Shown: piece by piece, positions 13,249-25,757 of the stretch
How positions within the stretch are numbered: position 1 is the stretch's first letter
Layout: every line of letters begins with the position of its first letter
Source: Octopus sinensis
Lineage: Eukaryota
Length of the DNA: 64,000 nt
NCBI RefSeq assembly: GCF_006345805.1
Contig: NC_043009.1
Location: forward strand, 17,546,001-17,610,000
Reading direction: 5' to 3'
The notes under the pieces: generated by a model
What the model saw: the letters and a program-made list of their open reading frames with translations, nothing else
What the model was told of the DNA's origin: nothing
Database searches by the model: none
Translations under genes and position numbers: made by a program

Positions 13249-13599
13249 CTTTTATGAATACGGCTTTTTATTGTTGCTGAGCAATTATACTATATAATAT
13301 ATGAGGTAACAATACTTTCATTAGATTATACTTGTAATTTTCTAGTAATAATATAAATCAAAGTGCTTTTGTCCTCTCGGGACCAATAAAAGTTAAATAC
13401 TGGGGTCGATGTAATCAACTTACCGCTGCCCTGAAATTGCAGGCCTTGTGCCAAAATTTGAACGAATATGAATCAAGGTGTTTCAGAAGAAAATATCTGA
13501 TGGTTGATGGTACCCTGTTACAAGCTAGGACACCATCACCTGTCATGCCACTGCAGACCAACACTTAGTTTCCTAAGTGCAATGGTACAGTTTTCAATG

Positions 13600-14609
13600 G
13601 GGGAAAAAAAAACTAAATATTCCTAACCAATTGCTTGTATCAATTCCTGATGAAACTTGTCTTGCAGATGAGTTGTGTTTACAGAAGTCTAAAAGCTTTG
13701 ATCCTATCTCATTTCTAGTGCAATATCTATAACCACCATAGTGTTACCCACAATACCCAATCAAATCATTATCTATGTCAATGAAACAGCCATCATTTAT
13801 TGAAGTAGTCTGCAAAGGGACTGCATAAAACTGCTCCATTTAGCTCTATTCTATCAGTGGTGATTGTGATGCAGATGCAGAGATCACTAATAAAGGATTA
13901 CATTTAGATATGCGTCATATGTAACAAATGCCGTGATATTTGACGACATGGTTCCACTAAAAATATAAGAGGCACCCTTGATTCATGTTTGAAATCTTAA
14001 AAATTGAATGGAGGGTAAAAAAAAGCAGAAATAAAGAACTAACTGCTCTCTGATCTTCTGAGGTTATTTTGCAGCAGCAATTTTCCTTGAAACCTTGTAG
14101 GAGGCTTTCAGACTAGCCGCAATGTGATATCAAATTTTATATATGTTCTGAGGCAACTTTTATAAGTGAGGTACATCTGTGTTGTTTGTCCGCAAACATG
14201 GAGTATAGTCTAGACAGGAGTATATTCTGGCCTGGTTGTCTGGATGGGGTATAGTCTGGGCTAGCCCAGACTAGTCCTGGTTGTTGGCTGGGCAGGGGTA
14301 TATTCTGGGCTGTTACACTGCCAATTTTCAATTATGGTTAGACTTGTTGCACCCATACCCCTGCACCAATCGAACCCGCATTCAAGTACGTGCTTGTACG
14401 CCCAGCACAACTCACCCCACATGCATTCTATCTGTAAGGTTTTTTTAACACGTAAATTAGAGGTTCTGCATAGTGCGTGCATGTTCAATGGTTCTAGTTT
14501 TAGCTAAAACCGAAAAACCTAGGGTTTTGAACATTATAAATCTGAAAATTGGTGACCCCTCCGCAGACCCCTAAAATTGGTCAAGTAGACCCCAGTTTGA
14601 GAACCAAGG
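13600..14609 (-). mobile_element. Decayed hAT (Charlie/Buster-like) transposon, 5' part
   Basis: End reads ..TTGGTTCTCAAACTGGGGTC (Charlie-like TIR); translation AASLKASYKVSRKIAAAK*PQKIREQLV resembles the ASY.VA..IAK.KKPH.IGE.LI motif. Left boundary uncertain. Confidence 0.55.
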
Positions 14610-14864
14610 CTCTATAGTGTAATAAAGATATAATTTGATAAAATACATCTAGCTGCATGGACCATTTTCTACATGCTGATGTAGTATACACAATGACTTC
14701 CATACATAGCAGTATAGGTTACAGATTCTAACGAGTGATTCTAGACAGAGATGGATATGTGTATATATATATATATGTATGTATATACACACACACACAC
14801 ACGTTATATGTATACAGACATATACATATATATACACACACATATATATATATATACACACACA

Positions 14865-14896
<32 letters not shown>

Positions 14897-14983
14897 GTAT
14901 ACTGCTCCATGAAGGTAAGATCAACAAAAAAGTGTTCCATCTGGTGAGAGATAAATATTGTTTACATACACACACATTCTCAT

Positions 14984-15022
<39 letters not shown>

Positions 15023-16262
15023 TGTAAAGGCTAGATACTACACAGTGATGGCTGTAGACTTGCTCTTCTGTTTAAATATTCGACTGAAAAACCACAAGTA
15101 ATCAAATTATATAGAACAATTTATTTTCAATGATTAACAAACAATGCCAAAAATGACTAGACCCTCTGCCTCCCACTCCAAATAGGGTAAAATTATTCCT
15201 TGCATAATTTTCTGTACTGTGTTATAATGTTGAACAATTATGCACAGAAAAAGAATAAAATGAGAGAAAATGGGGTTAAAAGAGGGGGGTGAAATGTGAA
15301 TAAAAATAAAAACAAAACTGTTGCAGATAGGTGAGAAACCTATGAGGATTGCAACTGTTCATAGGTTACTTTTATGTAATCTAATAGTGTATTGATTTTT
15401 AGCCTTTTTAGTTACATACAATGTCGATGGAGAGCTTTGCCCCAAAGCCAGGACTAGCTTCTGCTCTTCTATACTTGGCTTTTGGCCCTGCAACTCTGAA
15501 TTCTCTATTGACTTCTTTGGACAAACATCGGCAAGTAGAGGCTTTCAGAATTTAAGCCTTTAAGTCATACAACTCTGCCAATTCCCAAAACTGTTCAACT
15601 TTTACAGCAACTTAACTTACACAAAACAAAAAGCCATCTATCTTCTTTCAACCACAATTAGCATTTCCAGCAATTTCAATTCCTCTGAGAGGTTTCTAAT
15701 TCCTCACCAATCACGCACAAACAGATGTTTCAATTATTCCCTGTTAGTAGACGTCTACACTCACTTTGCTGTTGCCAGTTTCTTTAGATTATACTTTTAT
15801 CTCATTTACACTTTAAACAATGACTTCAAGTAACAGAAGTAAGAGAATATGATTTAGTTTTCCACAGGCAATGGGTTAAATATATTTAACATCCTAAAAG
15901 TCAACCCTTGAGAATGAGAATGTGCAGGAGAACGATTGTTCAACTAATTAAACCACAAATTGTTGATAGTTGAAACATTGGCATTGGGAGATGGATTGCT
16001 GGAACAATAATTTTGAATCCAGCCAATTATTTCAAGTTAACACCATCTTCGTGGTGGTGGTGGTGATGATGATGATGACTACCACTGCCATCCATACACT
16101 TGATAAAAGTGATAGTATGTTGGTAGCTGGGAGTCAATAATCATTAGAGAAGGTCACCAAATAAGTCATAAACTGTCTCCATCTTCTCAGAAAATTATTC
16201 ACATAATTAGTTTGGCCATAAGGTAAGAATAAATATGTATCAACAACAATAATAATGATGAT

Positions 16263-17300
16263 ATCATCATCACCATCGTTTAACATCCGTTTTCCATGCT
16301 GGCATGGGTTGGATGGTGTGACTCAAGCCTGGAGAGCCAGTGACTGCACCAGGCTCCAATCAGATACAGCAATATTTCTACAGCTGGATGCCCTTCCTAA
16401 TGCCAACCACTCTGAGTGTAGTGGGTACCTTTTACGTGCCACTGGCACAGGAGCCAGTCAGGCAGGCCTGGCATCGATCATGTTCAGATAGTGCTTTTTA
16501 CATGCCACCGGCATGGGAGTCAGTCAGGGGTTACTGGCATTGGCCACAATCATATAGTGCTTTTTACATGCCACCGGTAGAAGAGCCAGTCAGGCAGTAC
16601 TGGCATCGGCCATGTTTGGATAGTGCTTTTTATGTGCCTCTGGCACAGGAGCCAATCAGACAGACCTGGCATCGACCATGTTTTTTACATGCCACTGGCA
16701 CAGAAGCCAGTCCGGGATCACAGGCATCAACCATGTTCGGATGATGCATTTTACATGCCACTGGAACAGGAACCAGGCAGGAGGCTCTGGCCACAGCTAC
16801 AATTTTGACTTTACTTGACTCAACAGGTCTTCTCAAGCATATCATATTGCCTGATGCATCAAGGGTGCTCTTAAATGGGCCGGACATGCAACACTGGCAT
16901 CGGCCATGGCTGTGATCTCACTTTAGCTGGCTCTTCTCAATCACAGCATATCTCCAAAGGTCGCAGTCTCCTGTCATTGCCTCTGTGAGGCCCAATGTTC
17001 GAAGGTCATGCTTCATCACCTCATCCCATGTCTTCCTGGGTCTCACCTCTTCTACAGGTTCCTTCCACAGTTAGGGTGTGGCACTTCCTCACACAGCTGT
17101 CCTCATCCATACATAACATATGACCACACCAGTGCAGTCATCTCTCTTGCACACCACATTTGATACTTCTTATGTACAACTTTTCCCTCAGGGCACTTAC
17201 ACTCCGTCGTGTGTGCACCCTGACATTACACATGCAGCAGATCATACTAGCATCATTTCTTTCAAGCCTACACATGTCCTCAGCAGTAAAAGGTAATTTG
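16263..17300 (-). mobile_element. 5'-truncated RTE-clade LINE with repeat-expanded 3' UTR
   Basis: Translation across frameshifts gives TAEDMCRLERNDASM..LREKL..RLHWCGHM..DEDSCVRKC..EGTCRRGRPRKTWDEVMKHDLRTLGLTEAM; (GAT)n tail. Confidence 0.9.
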
Positions 17301-17500
17301 AATGTGAGCAGCACTAACTCCATATTTTGCACTCAACAGAGTGAATTGTTAGTACCAAATGGGTTTTACCTTGGATAAGTACAAAAATGTGGTTTTTATG
17401 CATGCACACGCATGTGCATACACTGTACTTTAGTTCTTTGTTTTGGTGTTTTTGCTGATACCTTTTTCGATACCCAATCATTCTGTTCATGCAGACTCAC

Positions 17501-17574
17501 CAGCTTACAACCGTTTAACAATGACCTTAATTTTGTGAGGTTTATTTCAGTGTTGAACTCTCTACATGTCTCTT
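17501..17574 (-). CDS. Candidate internal coding exon
   Basis: Strong donor CTG|GTGAGT (phase 0); open frame ETCREFNTEINLTKLRSLLNGCKL; weak acceptor. Confidence 0.3.
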
Positions 17575-17599
17575 CTTATACATTTATTTAACTACTTCA

Positions 17600-17821
17600 C
17601 CTACTTAGCACTTAAATTGGCCACATCCGGCCAAATTATTCTACCAGTTTTATTTTGAAACAGGCTAGATTTGGCCTCTCACACTTACCCTCCAATATTA
17701 TTCTAGGAATAAACAATCATATCACTGAAACCTGAAAGCTACAAAGATAATATATGATTAATTCAAAACAATGTGAATAAATAAGCATTACATTTGATAG
17801 AGAAATCTGAATGCTAAATGG
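17600..17821. mobile_element. ~220-bp TTAA-type MITE, diverged copy
   Basis: Same interior as 34555-34774; ends AATGCTAAATGG-TTAA. Confidence 0.75.
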
Positions 17822-18404
17822 TTAAAAAGAATGAGAGGGATAAACAAGGCAAAAAGATATGACAAAAACTAAGACGATCATATTTGCTAGTCGTAAGCTT
17901 TGTTGGTGTTTTGTAATGGGAATGAGTAACAAAACTTTATGTTAACTCATCATCTACTTAACAGCAAATCTATCTTCTCTATTTAATATTCATTCTTCCT
18001 AAATATGCGATTAGTTTCTAACATTCCACAAACTGTTAGAGGTAAAAGATAACAAACCACAAGGTTATGGCTGTTGAAAATTTGTCATCACTGAGTCGTG
18101 CCTTTACATATGTAATTTTACTGTTTGTTTTGTCTGACTAAAAAACAAAGACAAGCCTAGCATAAAACCGTTTCACTTGAAATGAAGGGGATTTTAAACA
18201 TACTGCCATAGTAAATAGCATTGTAGATTAAACTTTAATTGAACAGAGTCAGCAGATTAAAAACTCAGACGAAGCTGAACAGAGACACCACTTCTACTTC
18301 AAAGTTTGATTTTTATCTCTGGGAACAGGAGCAGCTATCCAATTGTAAAATGAGTTGCTCAACAATTCATAGGCAAAATTACAAATAATAACAAAAACTG
18401 TTTC

Positions 18405-18843
18405 AAATTTTGGCACAAAGCCAGCAATTTTGAAGAGAGGATACAAGTTGATTACATCAGCCCCAGGACTTGACTGCTACTTTATTTTAGTGACAAAAGG
18501 CAAAGCTGACCTTGGCAGGATTTGAGCTCAGAACATAAAGAGTCAGAAGAAATGCTACTAAGCATTTTGTCCAATGCACTAACAATTCTACCAGCATGAC
18601 TAATAATAATAATAATTTCAAATGTTGGCACAAGGTCAATAATTCCAGTGGAGTGATTACATCACCTCCACCCCAAGTGCTCAACTCATACTTGTTTTAT
18701 TGGCACAAAAATGATGAAAGGCAAAGTTGAGCTCAGCAGAACTTGAACTGAGAATGTAAGGACGGATGAAATGCCACTAAGCAGCCCAGCATGCTGCCTT
18801 AGTATGAATAATAATTATAATAATAACAATAATGATAGTAATA

Positions 18844-18883
<40 letters not shown>

Positions 18884-19090
18884 CTCTACTACAGGCACAA
18901 GGCCTGGAATTTTAGGGGACGAGATTGGTTGATCATATAGACTCCTGTGCTCAATAAATACTTATTTTATCAACCCCAAAAGAATAAAAAAGTAAAGTCA
19001 ACTTCAGTGAAATTTGAACTCAAAATGTAAAGACAGATGAAACACTGCTATTCATTTTGTCCAGAGCGTTAATGATTCTATCAGTTCTCT
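18405..19090 (-). mobile_element. Three head-to-tail Deu/Nin-like SINEs separated by (TAA)n
   Basis: Three successive reverse-complement SINE bodies (~18405-18600, ~18620-18800, ~18890-19090) with (TAA)n at ~18600 and ~18805-18882. Confidence 0.8.
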
Positions 19091-19368
19091 ACTTAACAAC
19101 AACAACAGCAGCAGCAGCAGCAATTATAGTTATAAAATGAAGCCAGTTCTGAGAGTAGAGAAAAAGAGAAGATAATTGGTAAAGAAAAATGAATGGTATG
19201 TAATCAAAGCAGAAATAATATTTTGAAACAATATGAATGCAACTACAGGTTCATAATCCTCTTTGCAATCCATTTCTGAATGCATTAAACATTATCGGTA
19301 TAAATGGTTTCAATATCAAACCTTCTCAATGGAACGGGTAAATTGATTAAATTTATGGTAAATTTCAG

Positions 19369-19515
19369 ATTTTGCATTGTAATGATTTCCGAACTTTCAG
19401 TCATAATTCTAAGTTGACACTAGAGGAAATAGCTAAGAGAAGAATTATATTGTTAATAGTTATTAAGACACACCTGCGACCATTATTTAATTGTGCTCCT
19501 ATGTTTGGAGAAAGG
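19369..19515 (+). CDS. Candidate internal exon (147 nt, phase 0-0), product unknown
   Basis: TTTCAG| acceptor, AGG|GTATGT donor; open frame ILHCNDFRTFSHNSKLTLEEIAKRRIILLIVIKTHLRPLFNCAPMFGER. Confidence 0.2.
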
Positions 19516-21498
19516 GTATGTAATGGGTTCTACAGGGGAGAACCAGAAAAACTATCATCAAATTTTGATTTCTGAGCTGTTGCTAAGTGGAAATTGAGAA
19601 TATATAAGGTTCAAGTTGACTGCTGTAGGTTATTAATTGATGTGTAGCTTGTCTCAAGTCATTAAATTAACAATTAATGACTGAGCTCATGCACATTTAA
19701 TAGACAGAAAATATATATGCACCTTTTGCTTTGTCATAATGAAAAGTATCCCTTATTGGGTGATTAATTTCTTTAAGGTCCAGGAGAAGCAAAATGGGTG
19801 TTGTAACATTCAGCACATTTCTAAGTCCATTAATAGCACAAGTGATGCAAGAAAGTCATCCTGCCACAACCAATCTGTACCACGGGCTAAAATGTTATCC
19901 CAGTTTGTTAAACTTTTCGCTATTATTTGCAATTACAAAGTTTAATAAGTGTCCAGTTACTAAAAGCAAGAGATATGGAGAGGAAGTCAGCATATATTCA
20001 CATAATACTTGGGTAATGGTCAACATTATAAATGACAAATACAGATACAGGTAAAAGATTTAATCACCTACAGTAAAGTAATGAGTAAGCACTTTTCTAG
20101 TTTGCATAAAACTGTTGTGGAGGAAGATGAGGGAGGAGATGATTGGTATAGACTGGTAATTTACTATAATTCAACCAAGTGTTTTAGAGAAAGCATCTCA
20201 AAGATGAGAAAAGATGTATTAGGTCAGTGTTCTGAAGATAGTGTAAAAGAAAACTGGATGGGAGGGAGAGAGAGAGAGAGAGGGAGGGAGGGAGAGAGAA
20301 TGCATGTCTGTAAACTATGGTGAAATCAGGAGGAATGTCTGTTTAAAGTAACAGATACAGCTAGAATATCATGTACAAAATTTATTTCAACAAGAGTCAC
20401 ATGTTGGTTCTCAAGTTACAGATTAATGTGCAAGTTTACAGACATGCACACACACACACACACATACTGCACACAGAAATGTATTAAGACACTTGTATTA
20501 CACTCCATCCATCCAAAGTTTCACTGCAATGCTTCAACTATAAAGAGGACATAGATCAGAAAACACAATTAATTGTAAATAATTAAGTATAACCCTTATT
20601 AAATGAGGACTCTTAACATTCTCCTAAAACATGCACGCACACACACACGTGTGTGTGTGTGCGCTTCCCTCTCACATCAGAGGTATGTACTGAATGGAAT
20701 ACTGCATAGAAATTCTATTCAATAAATGCAGTCCCCAACTACTAATTAGTTGTTTTTAAATGAGTTGTTTTCAATTTTAATAATATTAGTGGTAAATGAA
20801 CAAGTATATACTGATTATTCTCAACAAAATTAATCGTTCTTACAACATGGTGTAATAAAGTTGGTGTTACATAACTTCTATAATCTTACTTCAAACTTTA
20901 TAGCCTAATGTCGTCACTCTACATGTGCCCTGCTTTGCTAAACATGTATGGAATCGTCACATTAGAAAGATATCTACTAACCCTGTTGACAATGATGCTA
21001 CACTTGGCCTCATCAAAAGTAGAATCGACATAAAGCTCCACCGAGGATTCACACACTCAAGACTCCTCATTTATTTACTGCTTTACAAAGTTAGATTTAC
21101 AGACTGTTTCCAGTGCACAAGAACCGAGAAGAAATATTTTCAGTAATGTCAGAACCAGGATAAACAACAGAGGCTACATTTCTAGTAGCCAGCTTTGGTC
21201 TTGAAGATTCCTTATTAAAGTAAAGTTGTTATCAGTTCACATCTAAAGAGGCTTCACCAGAAAGGAAAAGACCAGTATACGAACTTAAGAAAAAAAAAAA
21301 AAAAAGGTAATCAAGAGCAGACCACAGCAATTATAGCTTGGTAATCTGTCTGTGAAAATGATAAATCAATCTGAGGTAGTCATTCCAGACATTTTGACAA
21401 CAAATGCTACCGTCAATATGTTCAAAGAGATAAACTTCTGGTGAGTCAAGTGTATGATTTGGTTTCAATCCACACCTAAATCCTTTTTCATTTCAGTG

Positions 21499-21569
21499 TT
21501 ACACAGCTAATACATTTCGAAATGGGAAGAATGTTAAATCCCCCTCTCCTATAATCCAAGGCTTTGTAC
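21499..21569 (-). CDS. Candidate short terminal exon
   Basis: TTGATTCCTAG|GT ACA..; (G)TKPWIIGEGDLTFFPFRNVLAV*, followed by ~600 bp of non-repeat sequence. Confidence 0.15.
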
Positions 21570-24500
21570 CTAGGAATCAATATCATTTTATAAAGGAATC
21601 AATAAAAGGAATTTATTAAAAGGAATCAATATCATTTCATATAATCTCACAGTAAATAGTATAAAGTAAATAGTGTAAGCTGTGGCAAGTTGGATTCATA
21701 GCATAGTTTCTTTCCCAAAGAGTGGTCATTTCACTCCGCTTTTGTTATTAATGTCTTAGAAGAAGATAAAGAGATCACATAATTATATTCTCTAATCAGA
21801 ATGTTCTATGTAAGCAATCATCGTTACTGTGTGTCATGTTATATAGAAAAGATTCCAGTGACTAATGACATAATTCCAAGACAGAGACAATTCCAAAAGT
21901 TGTTACAATATTCCTGTCCTATAGAAATACACAGTACTACTTAAGGAGGACACACAACTTATATCCTCCTTGGATAGGTAGGCACGTAGGTAGGTGTGTG
22001 TGTGTGTATGTATGTATGTATGTATGTGTGTGTGTATACATGTGTGTGTGTGCGCACACACACATTTTTTTCCTCCCCATCCTCCAGGTCTGAAGATTGG
22101 AATATATTCTCCCATCCTCCAGTATCAATGCATATATTTCTACAACCTCAATAGCATAGTGCTAATATGTATTCCTCCATATTCAAGAAAGACACAGAAA
22201 TAATATACATTTTACTCCATCCTCAAGAACACATGACTAACATGTACTCTCCCACCCTCAAGAATGGTACAGTAATAATGAAGATGTTTGGTCTCTCAAA
22301 ATACATTGCAGTTTATTTTACACTGTAATATGTTTATATGCAAAAAACAAACAAAAAACATACTAAATACTCCAAAGTATCTAGAGTTATTTTCTTCTTA
22401 TTTTTTGCATTGTGTTTTGGTGTTCAAATTCTGTTCGGCTTGACTCAGCTTTGTCATTGCTTTACTCAAAAGATACAGAAGCCAAGAAGACAGAGCAGAG
22501 GTGTCTTGATTGTCCAATAGCAAGTTCTTATTTTATTCTGGGTATTGTGTGTCTTTAAGCAGAACATGAAACATCTTAGTTTGTCTTCAACTGTTATGAT
22601 TCAACGGGGAATCATTTTGCTTGTTTAAAATGTCAAAAACTTTTAAAAATTGAAATAAGGTAAAAATTTCAAAGAAGCAATGTTGAAAATGTTAAGGAGT
22701 AGAGACTTTGTTACTATAGCAAAATTAATGCCCTAGATTTTCTTCACTGTATGTTCCAATCCTCCTGTATCCAAACACACCCCACAACAATTCTACAACA
22801 CAGCAGAACAATAGAGCAACTCAGAAAACTACTCCAATACTCCATAAACACTATCCTTCTGTTTCAATTTAAATAGTAAATGGGACTCCTCTACACAACT
22901 CAACAATATGTATTCAGTTGTTCAATCAACTGTGCTGTGCAGATGCATATTAAATTTTAATGTACCCTTAATGTAATTCTCAAGTAAAGCCAATGTGACA
23001 CCACATGACAAGACTGGCTTTTGAATTTTAGGTACACACTTGCAGTTTCCATTAACCCCAATTTCATTTATAAAGCTTGTGTCAATCTGAGGCTATGATA
23101 AATTGCCCAAGATACAATGAATGACAGGTGAACTTCTTAACTATTTGGCCTTGGTGCACCTAACCTAAAATAAGAATAAAAGAGACTTACAAACTAAACT
23201 TAATAGTACCAATAGAGCTGCACTCTAATTAAGTTCACTTTATGTGCTTCTTTTGAAGTCAACAACCAGACTAATATATTCAAAAGCAGCCTGGAGGACT
23301 GAGGTAATGTTACATGCCCAAATAGTCACATTGCAATCTGCATGTCACAGTGTACAGTATATTACACAACTATATAGAGACATAATAAATTTACAATGAT
23401 GTGGTCTCAGTCAGATGTTCAACCAGCTGCTTAAAAACAGATCTAATCAGGATTTCTCGAGAAGTGGGATGAATGGGTAAGTCAAACTTGACTGCCCTCC
23501 TGCATCTGAAGCTGTGAATCTATAGACATCTGTTGAATAAAAGGGAAAATTTAGTAAGGATATTTAGTTGGCAATTTGGCAGCGATAGATGGGAGGTGAA
23601 GTGTTTTGTGGAGTGTAACAGAGGAAGAGACAGTGTAACAACAAACACCTTCCAACTGTTACTTCTATTATATTAGTCATAGCAACATAATCAGCTTGAA
23701 ATAATCAGGATCAATATCCAATAGAATCCATAAAACTGACACAATTATTTCATTTATTCATTTACATATTTACTCTTTTTAAATGAATGATCTGTTTCTG
23801 CATGTGTGTGTGTGTGTGTGCTTACACAGATACACACACACACATCCCAGGTTAGATTTTGTACATAATGTCAGTCAACACATATCAGAAATACATGTGC
23901 ATACAAGGACACACACACGCACACACACACACCAATGCACACAGAATTCAGATCCTTTGTTCATATTTTCTCATATTTATGAAGTGGTTTCCACTAAATT
24001 ATGTTTTATGGTTTTATTGAAAGACAGGAGTGCAGATACAGTTGAAGTCAGTCAGTTTTAGACAGAGTAAATAGCCAGAACAACATTTGTAATTATTCTT
24101 CATACATCCCAGTATACAAGTAGATGTGGACATCATCATAAATAATAATAATGATAATAAAAAAAAGCATGGGGAAAAAAGAAGACACAGGCATGACTGT
24201 TCTTCAAAGTTCACTTTGCAAATCAGCGGGTTCCGCATTTAATTCAAGTACATGACACTTGGGCAAGCCATGAGTCAAATGAAACCCTGTGCATGCAAAT
24301 GGGTAGATCACAGTTTTTGGGTGGTGGTAGACTTATGAACACCACTAAGTAGTTTGACCAGGCTTCAAGTGTGAGGACAATCTATGAGTCTTCTTTTACC
24401 TCTATCAGTCTTAGAAGTAATGCAAATAAAAAGAAAAAAAATAGGATGTCATCAGAGATTCCCTTCTTCTCTTGACTAAACTATGAAAAAAGGAAACTTA

Positions 24501-25525
24501 ATTCAGTGAAAAATTGCTTTAGTGCAAAAGTTCCAGTGCAAATACCCCAGAGCTGAGGGTTTACATTTGCCACAAGTATTTTATCACACTTTGGGGGATT
24601 TAAAGAAGTTGAGAATTAACACTATTGTTTTACCTGAGTCAGTTTACCCAAATGCAAGAGAACATATAATATACTGATGCCCCACCAAGACAAAAAGATA
24701 CAAATTTTATCCCTACAGCAACCACAATATCTGGAATTAAAGTACTGGATTGAAGGGCACAAATATCCAGTTGCAATATTTGTTATTTATTCACAAATAC
24801 TGAAACGTCATATTTAGTGCATTAACAGTGATTGAGAGCTCATGGCTATAAAGTCTCCCTTCTTTACCAAATTAAGGGGAAACAACACTTATTCTATAAC
24901 TGTAGTTAAATGAAGGAAGAGTGTGTTGGGAATAGTAGAACAGTTCACTACAAATATGTAATAAGCAAATCCAGTGTTCCAATTTTCACTGATATGAGGA
25001 TAACTAATTATTATATCATCAGAAGTGCATATTAAGAATCAACATCACATGGAAACACTTAACATCCCATTGGAAAGTTACTAGGAATTTCTATGTAATA
25101 TCTTCATTTTATTGTTTACAATAAATTTCATCTGCCTTTGGATCAATAGTAATGAACATATAATGAAACATCAATAGGTGTTGATTGACAGAATTTTTTT
25201 TTTGTAAGTCAAACAAAACAGCAGTGGGGTGGGTCTATGTGTCATTAGCTTAATATGTAATAGATTGTGGTATACCAGCCATAAAAGGCAAGGTGTATCC
25301 CTGATGAAAAGGAGGGTTGAACTAAAGGTTGTTAGCTAACAAAATATTAAATATACAATGATACCATAGGTTATGATTATGGGCTAAAAACACCCCTAAG
25401 CAGTAAACAGAATCAAATTAAGTTAAGAAAGTCTTTGACCATAGACACTGGCTGGACATCAATGACAGGATATAAAATATGAACTCTTCATTCAGCAATC
25501 ATCTGTGATACAATAAATGTCACCA

Positions 25526-25757
25526 AGGCAGCGAGCTGGCAGAAATGTTAGCACGCTGGGCGAAATGCTTATTGGTATTTCGTCTGTCTCTACGTTCTGA
25601 GTTCAAATTCCGCCGAGGTCGACTTTGCCTTTCATCCTTTCAGGGTCGATAAATTAAGTACCAGATATGCACTGGGGTTGATGTAATTGACTTAATCCCT
25701 TTGTCTGTCCTTGTTTGTCCCCTCTATGTTTAGCTCCTTGTGGGCAATAAAAAAAAT
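25526..25757 (+). mobile_element. Full-length Deu/Nin-like tRNA-derived SINE with TSD
   Basis: A-box-like AGCTGGCAGAA, B box GAGTTCAAATTCC, body GGTCGACTTTGCCTTTCATCCTTTCAGGGTCGATAAATTAAGTACC, A-rich tail; 14-bp TSD AATAA(A/C)TGTCACCA at 25512-25525 and 25758-25771. Confidence 0.92.

Noticed and set aside
15420-15540. Open frame ..CRCLSKEVNREFRVAG..KLSIDI with GTATGT donor
   Set aside because: In-frame stop just upstream and only a poor acceptor; the opposite strand is also open.
16424-16800. CRISPR-like regularly spaced repeats
   Set aside because: Contiguous diverged units with no unique spacers, inside an RTE 3' UTR; eukaryotic context, no cas genes.
20637-20662. (CA)n-(TG)n palindrome
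   Set aside because: Trivial consequence of adjacent complementary microsatellites.
21441-21496. 56-nt plus-strand GT..AG intron
   Set aside because: Very short, and the flanks give no coherent reading frame.
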